60,000 bases of DNA from contig CM075989.1 of the NCBI GenBank assembly GCA_038087875.1, forward strand, positions 25,050,001 through 25,110,000, given 5' to 3'. Numbering within the stretch: position 1 is the first letter of the stretch; every line of letters starts with the position of its first letter. The translations under genes and the position numbers were made by a program. Source of the DNA: Malacoraja senta. Taxonomy: Eukaryota. The notes under the pieces are model-generated. The model did no database searches. It had not been told where the DNA came from and saw only the letters and a list, made by a program, of their open reading frames with translations. Below are positions 50,030-60,000 of the stretch, piece by piece.

Positions 50030-50630
50030 TAATGTTTATTATTGTCACATACTGAAGTACAGTGAAAGGTTTTGTTTTGCATGCTATCAAATCAGATAAT
50101 ACTGTACATATTGCAATCAAATCAAACACAAGTACAAAGATAGAGCAATGGGGAAGATACAGAGTGCAGAATATGGTTTTCAGCTGTAGCGCATCAGTTC
50201 CACAGACAAAGTCCAATGTCTGCAATGGGGTAGAGGTGAATCAGACTGTACCCTAGCTTGTGGAAGGACTGTTCAGAAGCCTGATACAGGGGAAGAAGCT
50301 GTTCCCGAGTCTGGCGCTTTCAAGCTTCTGTACCTTCTGCCAGATGGAAGCAAGGAGAAGGCATGACTGGGGTGGGATGAGTCTTTGATTATGTTGACTG
50401 CTTTTCCGAGGCAGTGTGAATTGTGGATGAAGTCAACGGCAGGAGGTCTGGTCTGTGATGATGGGCTACATGTACTACACTGCAATTTCTTGTGGTCTTG
50501 GGCAGAGCTGTTCCTAAACCAAGCAGTGATGTAATCCAACAGTATGCTTTCTGGTACATCTGCAGAAGTTTGTAAGTCAGAGACATGTTGAATTTCCTCG
50601 ATCTTCCAAGGTGCTGCTTTGCCTGACACA
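50030..50630 (-). mobile_element. Decayed Rex1/Babar 3' fragment. Others at about 28050-28200 (-), 38690-39005 (+), 57985-58535 (+)
   Basis: IIKDSSHPSHAFSLLPSGRRYRSLK motif and tail. Confidence 0.7.
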
Positions 50631-53600
50631 TCAGCATTGTTGGTCCAAGACAGTCTTCAGCCTCAGAATTTAGAGAAGTAAAGGACTCTCAGTGTGTGTG
50701 TCCAGACATCTCTGAAGGTGACAGTGCAAGTGGATAAGGTAATGATGATGGCATATGGAATACTTGCCCTCATTAGTTGGGCTATCGAATATACAACTTT
50801 ACAAAACATTAATTAACCACTGCTGAAGCATTGTGTGCAGTTCTGGTCACCAAGCAGGAAAGATGTAAGTAGCCACGAGAATTTGCATGAAGTTGACCAC
50901 CGTGTTCCCAGGTATAGACCGTTTAATTTGCCAGGATAGTGCGGTTAGGTTGGGTTGGTTTGGAACAGATGAAGCTGAATGGGGTCCGGATGTAAAGAAA
51001 ACCATGAGGGACATAAATCGGATAGGTAGTAAGAAACCTTTCCCCATAGCAGTCGTGTCTCAAACCAGAGGGCACAGGTGTAAGAGGAGAGCAGGAGATT
51101 TACAGAGGATCCGAGGAGGTTTTATTTCACCTAGATGGTGGTTGAAATCTGGAACGTACTGCCCGATTGTGTGGTGGAGGCAGAGACATTTAAGTATCTA
51201 GGTAAGTTCTTGATTTGACAAAGCATGGAAGGCTATGGACCAAATGCTGGTGCATGGGATGATTGTAAACGGCTGCTCGATGGTCTGCATTGATATGGTG
51301 GGTGAAGGGCTTGCTTCTGCCCTGCATGACTCTGTCAGGCCTATATATGACTCCAGCAAAACACAGTGCCTCTGCAGGTCAGATACCATCTGGGGAGAGA
51401 ATGAACAAGCGACATTGCGGGTCGGGTCCATTCTACAGACTGGTCAGGCCCCATCAGTCTGAAAATGAGTCTCGACCCACAACACCGCACGTCTATTTAT
51501 TTCCCAGCTACTGTCTGACCCGCTGCGTTCCTCCACCATTGTGTTTTGCACAAGATTCCAACTCCTGTAGTTTCTTATCTCTATATGATTAGTTCGGTTA
51601 GTGTTGTTGACATAGCTGCCTTTCCAGTTCGAGGGTAGTTTAAGATGGACCATAAATAGTGAAAAGTAAATAAATCTAAATAATTTTAAATTTCCTTGTT
51701 TAATAAATATATATTGGCCTTGAGGTTTAAATGCTGAAAATGTCCAGAAGCCTGCACTCTATTAAGAGGAAATAATTTCAGATTTTATTTACCAAATGAA
51801 AATATAATTTCTGATTTACCTGTTAATTAGCTTAGTTTAAAATTGATGATATCCCTTCATTCTGGTTAATCCACCAGTGCATTTAATTTATTTATTCGTT
51901 TCAAGTTTTTCTAAAGTCTTAAACTCAGTCATGCCTTAATGCTCTATTTTTGAAAGAATACAAACTAAATATATGCAGCCATTCCTCGTATTTTAAACCG
52001 TGGTTCCAGTGTTCACTGGCACTGCATTCACTTCAAGGCATGAACTATATTTTCAGATGCATTTTTGATTTTACATAGAAACATAGAAAATAGGTGCAGG
52101 AGGATGCCATTCAGCCCTTCGAACCAACACCACCATTCATTGTGATCATGGCTGATCGTCCCCAGTCAATAAACCGTGCATGCCTTCTCCCCATAATCCA
52201 CTAGCCCCTAGAGCTCTATCTAACTCTCTCTTAAATCCATCCAGTGATTTGGCCTCCACTGCCCTCTGTGGCAGGGAATTCCACAAATTCACAACTCTGG
52301 GTGAAAAAGTTTTTTCTCACCCCAGTCTTAAATTGCCTCCCCTTTATTCTAAGACTGTGGCCCCTGGTTCTGGACTTGCCCAACATTGGGGACATTTTTC
52401 CTGCATCTAGCTTGTCCAGTCATTTTATAATGTTATATGTTTCTATAAGATCCCCCTCATCCTTCTAAACTCCAGTGAATACACCTTGTGTGTGCTTTTT
52501 ATGCAATTACATTTTTGACCAAAAATAGTTTATGTAATTTTTGACACAGCTAGAATATGAAGAGTAGCAGAGCAGTAGGAAATTGAATCATAGGATGTTT
52601 ATGATAACTCTTTGAAAAAAATCTTTATTACAGTTCTTTACCTAAAACCTCATGATTTTTCCATTTGAAGTTTTCTCTTCATGAGTTATTTTTGAATAAG
52701 GAAGGAAATGTACTAGTTAAGGCATGCCAATTGGATTTGTAAAGGACAAATTGATTTTACCCAATTTGATAATGTTATTTGATGAGGTAACAGAGTTGAC
52801 GAGGATAATGTAGTTGATGTGGTGTTCGTAGACTTCCAGAAGGCTTTTGATAAGATGCTGCACAACAGCCTCCTTCACAAAGTCTGAAGAAGGGTCTCGA
52901 CCCAAAACGTCACCAGTACTCCAGCATTTTGTGTCTATCTTCAGGCTCCTTCAGAACATTGCAGCATGTGGCATAAAAGGGATATTGATAACACGGATGT
53001 GAAGTTGGCTAAGTAACAGTCAACAGAATGGTTGTCTTTCTGCTTTGGAGCAAGCTGAATAGTCACCTTTCCAGGGATCAGTTATAGCCAATTTAAATAA
53101 ATAATAATAACTTGGATATGGGACCGCTAGCTCCAATTTTTTAATTTGCAGAAGATACAATGGAGCAGTACGGTGAAACAAAAGGCAAACTACTGAAGGA
53201 GCAGGTCAAACAGCATCTGCGATGAAATGATGGTGATGCAGGGTCTTCAACTGAAATTTCAACCTTCTCTTTACCTCCTCAGATGCTGCTTGATCTAGAG
53301 TTAGCAGTTAGTTTTTTTTGCTACAGATTCCAGTATCTGAAGTCTGGAAGTAATTTGAGCTCTTCGTAAAGTCCAGTATCCCATATGCCTTTTTAGACAG
53401 CTTTGCCTACTTAGCATACTGCCTAGGTTTAGGTTTATTATTATCGTACCGAGGTGCAGTGAAAAGCTTTGTTCAACTTAAAATCTCAGATCTCTCTTTC
53501 TGAACATTCAAGTTATGTCATTTATTTCTTATTTCCTATTTTAATTCCCTGCGTAATACAGTATTTGATATTTCTGTGAAATGTCTGTATACTGCACACT

Positions 53601-56536
53601 CTGATATCGTGTAGTTTGTTCCCATGGTCTTCAATGTTTACTTTGATTCTGAGTTTTGTCATCTGCAAGGTTATAGCCTCTCGGTTGTTAATGATCATAT
53701 GTACCGACAATGGGTCTCTTACTTGCAGCAGCAGAGCAGGCTTGTAAATGCAATACACAGATATAATATTTTATAAAATAATACAAACAAGTCAATAAAT
53801 GAATACTATGAAACCATAATAGAGTTGGCCTGTGCAGTTGAAGCCTGACTGCAGCTCTATGCTGCAGACAATTATTTTTAATGGGAATTATCAGTTGGAG
53901 CCACTGGCAGCTGTTGGGAGGACCCTATGGGGATGGATTCGCCAATGATAAGTGCACGGCCTATTTGGGGGTTGAGCGGGGTATTGGGCATTTGTGAGAC
54001 TAACGTGATGAATGGGGATAGATTTGCTGTCTGCTACAGAGCTGCAGGCATCTTCTGCTGGATGGCATCAGCATCACCTTCTCCCCCCTTCCGCGCAGCA
54101 CAACAATTGGCTGGGTCAAGCCCAACAGTCTGGCTCACTCACTGAGCCAGGGAGGCCAACAAGCAACTGCTCTTCCCACCCCTGCTCGCTGTCCCATCAC
54201 AGCAGTTTCTGTGATCCACCCTCACTCCCTATTTTTGTTCACTTCTAACGTACAAATATTTTGGGTTACAAACCATTCTCAGGAACAGAATCCTTTTGTA
54301 ACCCAGTGACGGCCTGCAGGGGATGGCTCCTATTGGAAACTCAAATATCGCAGTTAGTGAAATCAAGATTTAAAAACAATATGCTGGAAATACTGGGCTC
54401 ATTCAGCATTTTTTTCTATTTTATTTTTATTCTCACTGTACATGCCAGGTGTGGGTGTGCTTTGAGTGTGGATGTATTGGATGCCAGTACAGCTTGTAAC
54501 ATCTTGCTGTTTAGACTCCTGTGGTCTGCTGGTGTTCATTAAGATGCACTGGGAAGAATCAATGCATCTGTCTTAAATGATAGTTGGCACTAAAAAGTAT
54601 AATCAAGCAATAAAACTTACATTAATTGTAATTCCCTGCAGCCTTACTTCATCAATATCCACTTCAAACTGTTCATAAATGTTATCAAAAATGGTAAAAT
54701 TATGCATGTTGTTTCTTTGCAGAGAAAATAGAGTTCCATTGCAATCGACCCTTTGTAAATTCATTTACACTTTACTGATTCACTCAATTCAAGAGCATCT
54801 GTCAGTATTATCTCCAATAACAAAACCCTTTTGAAATTGAAATTGCGGCAGCACTATAATTAACAGATTTTTAAAAAATGTATTAAGTGTGTTCTTGACT
54901 ATATATTTCTGCATTTTGCCAGTCTTTCTAACTAATTGTGGACATCATACCCACAGTTCCAAATCCCTGTCCATCCTTACCTCAATGTGATCTTACTTTT
55001 CCCACTGTTGGCTGTGTCCAGCATTTCTTTATACTGTACAACCACAGGCCTAGCCTCTCGAGACGCCTGTACATTAGTGTGCATTGATCATTTCCTACCT
55101 GCATCTGAGATCTTGTCAAATTCTAGGCAACGTAGCTGTGGATATTGATTTATAAAAATTAGCGTTTCTACCAACAACCGGTAGTGCAAGACTAAAACCC
55201 AACCCATCAGACGTTTCACTCTGTATCACAGCTCACTGCTTTGCCAAACATTCCGCATCCCATCTCTACACTATCAAAGGTTGACATTTTATGCAGTAAT
55301 CTGTCAGATGGAACATTGTCAAATACTTTACCTGAAATCCAAGATTTGTTAAAACCTATTTTACTAACTATGCATTCCTCAAATCTAACAAATTTGTTAA
55401 ATGTGACGTCTGTCTCAGAATAGTGTCACCTATTTGTAGTTAACTGTGCCTTGAGTTTTATAATAATATTTGTCATATAGTGCCAAACTCTTTTTCAAAA
55501 TTAAGACATTTATAGGGCTGTAATTTGACAGTTCAGTTTCAGTTTTTTGTTATGTTTATGGTTTTCTAATGATCCATTCTCATTCACTAAGTATTCTCCA
55601 GGCCTTGGCTGCTGGTTGTCACTGGGTCAAGTTGGAGAATGCCTTTAGTTAACGTCCTCAGAGGAGTGACTGTCTGTTCCAATTGGGGTTTTATGGAATC
55701 TAAACTTTAATGTTAGTACTGGACCAAAAACAGAAAACAATCAATACATTCCATTTTTAAATGTATGATTTTAAAGTTTATACCATTATTATAGATGTTA
55801 AATCCTTTAGTAAATGTACTGCAGTTTTAAAATTTATAATTTTGAGTTGACTATAGAGGAATAAAGCAGCATTCTTTTTCTCCTCTCCACAAACCCCCCC
55901 AATAATTATAGCCTGTAGGTACCAAAGATGGGGGCACAACAACGCCTGGAAAGTGATAGGTGAATACAGGTGGAGGGGAGAGAGTTTGATTGGCAAAAGG
56001 GATTAAAAATACAAATGTGTCATGTGAACAGATATGTAAAGACAAAAGGCTGTAAGAAGAGGAGTGAAATTTGAAACCAGTTATAAATGCAGCTAGTTTT
56101 GAAGTGAGGTATTTATTGATGGACTGCCTTCAATTGGTAACTTTTAAGAAGGGCGCATGGGTTGTAAAATCCTGGAAAATCCTTCAAACATGAAGATTGA
56201 GTGCTTTGCTTGAAATTAGTCTTTAGATGGAGAAATTGACACTTTATGTCATTTTAAGATTTTATTGGCACTTTAAGATTTTATGTCACTTGAAGTACCT
56301 GATTTGAGTAAAACCCGCAGTCCTGAAACAGGTTTGGGAACATTGACACTGTTGTGTTTTGATTGATGGATTTACCACTATTTTAGTTAAATGTACATTA
56401 TGTTAGTGGATTTAATTTTTCAAGTTGATATGAAGCTTGTCATTACTATGAACTAATTTGTGCATCCTTGTTGAAGCTTGATGAAGGTTTACGACATTGA
56501 CCTCATGCATCTATAGTGCTGGCGTGACTCACTAGC

Positions 56537-56747
56537 ATGTTCCATCACCACTGTAGAAGAAATCCAGAACTGCAGCAAGAACTGCAAATCCAAAATGCTG
56601 TGGCAGCTGGCGATGTTCATACAGTGCGCAAGATGTTGGAGCAAGGCTATTCTCCTAATGGTCGAGATGCTAACGGATGGACACTACTGCACTTCTCTGC
56701 AGCCAGAGGCAAGGAACGTTGTGTTCGAGTTTTCTTAGAGCACGGAG
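56537..56747 (+). CDS. ASB7: Ankyrin repeat and SOCS box protein 7, first coding exon; gene continues beyond the window
   Basis: MFHHHCRRNPELQQELQIQNAVAAGDVHTVRKMLEQGYSPNGRDANGWTLLHFSAARGKERCVRVFLEHG is nearly identical to the mammalian ASB7 N-terminus; G|GTAAGT donor. Confidence 0.96.
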
Positions 56748-59700
56748 GTAAGTGAAAGAAGCACATGAACCCTGTTATATCAAGGAACTGCAGTTGCTGG
56801 TTTATGCCAAAGAGTATTCTAAAAAATGCACTGTATGACAAAAAGTTTATCCCAAAGAATTGTTTTTGTTTTGGTATTTGAAATTATTATCATGTTGTGT
56901 TGGCAATGTTTTTGAAGCAACCTTACAATTTACTTTAGGGATTGTATTGAATGATATGGAAGTATGGGGATTTGAAGTCTTATTAAAAAAATATAGCAAA
57001 CTTCCTCAATTTATAAAGGTACTATTAATCAATTCTTGCGTAGTGCCATTTAATCATTGCGTAAGTGGTGTCAATTCATGCGTCTTTTTTTGCTATAACA
57101 GTGCATTACTCTCCACTCAAGAATACACTGTACCAAAAATCTCCTATGAACTTCACCCAGCTTTTTCAATTTTGAAAAATGTTGTTAATAAATCAATCTC
57201 CCAGGAATGTATCCCTTTTGTTAATCGTGGGTATTTGTAGGTAACATGGGTGATTTTATACTACATTATAATTGTATCATTAGTCTAACTGGTAGTTATT
57301 ATACACCTTCTCAAGCAGTCAATTTGATTTGGTGCCAAAGCAAACATCTCTTGTCATGCCTGGATTTTTTTCAGTTCTGTGCGGTCTGTGGACTATATGG
57401 TAGCAAAATACTTGCTTTGGTGTGACAATATGTGAATGATGCAATGTAAGGCCTTAGAATGGAGTGGAATAGTACAAGAGTATTGTTGCTAAATTGTTTG
57501 GCCAGTATCTGAGTTGCAGTTGTGTGTTCAATGTCGCCAATGCAGCTGGGAAATTTAAATTCAAGTAACTAAATAGGCATTGTTTAAAAAAAAAAAAAGC
57601 TAATCTCCGTATCAGTAAATGAGATATAACTAGAGTGTTGAAACATATCTCTGGTTCAGCAATGTGCTGCATGACAGAAATATGCTGCCCTTGTGCAACT
57701 CTGTCCTGCATGAGACTCAGGTCAGCGGAGCGCTGTTCAGTTCAGGGAGATCGGTTGACAATGAACTTTGCATGTGCCATTGATACTCATCCTATGAATG
57801 GATAAGATGTTGAGAGGCAGCTTACAAATTGGATGAGAAAGATGGAAATTGAATTTCCTTCCCAGATATTTAGAGTGGGAAGTAAAATTCTCTTATTGAG
57901 TATCCATCAAATATGGTAGGTGGTTGATTTGGGAAGCCTTGTGCTTAGTGTAGAGTGTGCAGATTTGATTGTTATACAATGGAGTATTCAAGATCATCCG
58001 CAACCCTTTACCTCTGAGGTTTGAGGTTCCCATCTGCTTCAAAAGGGCATCTCTGATATCAGTGCCCAAGAAGAGCACAGTTACTGAATCCACGACTGTA
58101 AGTACTTGCATCCACCGTAATGAAATGCCTTGAGAGGTCGGCCATGCCGCTAATCAACTCCTGCCTCAGAAATGACCTGGACTGCTTCAACGTGCCTATC
58201 ACCACAACCGCTGATGTTATCTCACTGGCTTTTCTCCACTCTGCTCTAGACCAACTGGATATCAGGGATACACACGTCCATCAACCATAGCTCAGTGTTC
58301 AACACTATCATCCCCTCCATGCTTTGACACCTGGGCCTCTGTAGCTTTCTTTGCAGCTGGGTTATTGACTTCCTCATCTCAATCCTCAATCAGTGTGGAC
58401 TGGTAACAACATCCTCTCCACAATGGCCATTTATGCAGGTGCACCTTAGGATCGTATGCTTAGCCCTTTGCTCAACTCTCTTTAAACCCTTGGCTATGTG
58501 ACCAAGCACTGCTCCAATGGCATCTATAAATTCACTGAGGATACTTAGAGGACTTTGCATGTACAAAGTTATGAGGGCATGGCAGAGGTGTCCAAGACCT
58601 GAGGGCATTGGGTTTAAGCATAGGAACGAGACATTTCGAGATCTGAGCAAGAATGTTTTCCTACCCAGAAGATGGTTGCAATGTGGAACATTGCTCATGA
58701 AGGTGGTTGAGGTAGATACCCTCACAGTGTTTAAACCAAGATGAGTCATGATATAAAAGGCCAAGGACCAAGTGCTAGTAAATGGGATTAATATAATTAG
58801 ATCTTGTTGGCTGGCATACACATGGTGGGCTGAAGGGTTTGCTTCTGTGAGACCCTGTGCTCTTTCTAATGCTTGTGGAGTTCCCCTTTTAAATAACAAA
58901 TCAAATATAGTTCACCACCTGACAGTGTTACAAGTCTTCACTTGTTTAGGTATAAAAAAATAAAATCTCATGCCAACTTTTGTTTTTGATTGAAAGATAC
59001 ACCATGGAAATAGGCTCCTACCAAGTCCATGCTGATCAATCAGCCATTCACATCAGTTTTATGTTATCCCACATTCATATCCACTCCCTGTACACTAGAG
59101 GGGAATTTACAGAGGCCAATTAGCTTACAAACCTGCATCACTTTGGAATGTGGGAGGAAATAATAAGAATTAAGAATTTAATAAGAATTTAAATCTTAAC
59201 ATGTATTTGGTGACCAGTCTTGTCCAGAAAGATGGATCCTGTGAGGAAATGGGTGGCACTCTACGTTGATGGAGACTGCCACGATTGCACTCATCAGCCA
59301 AGCAGCTGTGCAGCTGCAAGGAGAGATGCTCAACCTCTATAGAAGTGGGGAGCATGATTAGTCTTCTCACATGATGTTGTTGCCTTCATCAGCTTGGGGC
59401 ACCCTGCAGTGCACTTTAAGGAGATGTGGAGACCTTGCTGTGACTGCTACATGCTGCACAGTGTGACAGGCCAAGGTCTGCAGCTGGTCCAGAGCAAGCA
59501 AAGCAAAGACAGAAGCACGCCAACCAAGAGCGAGATAGTTAGAAGGAAGAAGACTGGCAGGGAAATATCCCTCCTTGGCATCCACTGTCTCATCTCACAG
59601 CTGACTGTATAAGGGGAGCATTGTTAGCACTTAGGAGATGGTGAACTATTCCAGCAGAAAGATGCATATCCTCAGGAGCTGTGAAATCATAATCACCACT

Positions 59701-60000
59701 GTAATCCATGGCATTGCAATCTCTACCAAGTGCACAATACTTCAGCAGTGAGATGGGAAATACCGACTATGCATAAAAAATGTTTCCCACCCTGTTTTTC
59801 AGATCCTTGTGCAATGATTATAGCACATGATTGAAATGCAGCTCTGATTACTTAAACTTTCAGATGTACAGTGGTGGTCTGAAGAAGGGTCTCGACCCGA
59901 AACGGCACCTGTTCCTTTTCTCCAGAGATGCTGCCTGACCCGCTGAGTTACTCCAGCACTCTGTCTATCTGTGGGCAGATTACTTTGGGATACATTGTGT

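Overview
Vertebrate genomic DNA, most likely from a cartilaginous fish (skate/ray), inferred from its repeat families. It holds three genes in the order known from human 15q26.3. A complete 10-coding-exon ceramide synthase lies on the - strand (CERS3 by synteny, 371 aa, 3252-20538). A complete 6-coding-exon LINS1 also lies on the - strand (761 aa, 39251-48609). The 5' part of ASB7 lies on the + strand (first coding exon 56537-56747). LINS1 and ASB7 are head-to-head around a CpG-island promoter with three perfect NRF1 palindromes; a 200-N gap lies in LINS1 intron 1. The rest is mostly transposon-derived: CR1 LINEs (one with an uninterrupted 670-aa RT ORF), Rex1/Babar LINEs and non-autonomous relatives, tRNA-derived V-SINEs, a Tc1 fragment, a Harbinger-type MITE, a Vingi/Ingi-like tail and minisatellites. 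The most striking signal is a family of very short (60-200 bp) Penelope-derived insertions. They carry a minimal hammerhead ribozyme motif (CTGANGA-A-GGGT-N4-A/GCCC-GAAAC-GTC), several have 13-16 bp target-site duplications and begin 2-4 nt before the catalytic core, and intact cores were seen only antisense to, or outside, the host genes. All calls were made by eye without database searches; repeat family names and boundaries are approximate.
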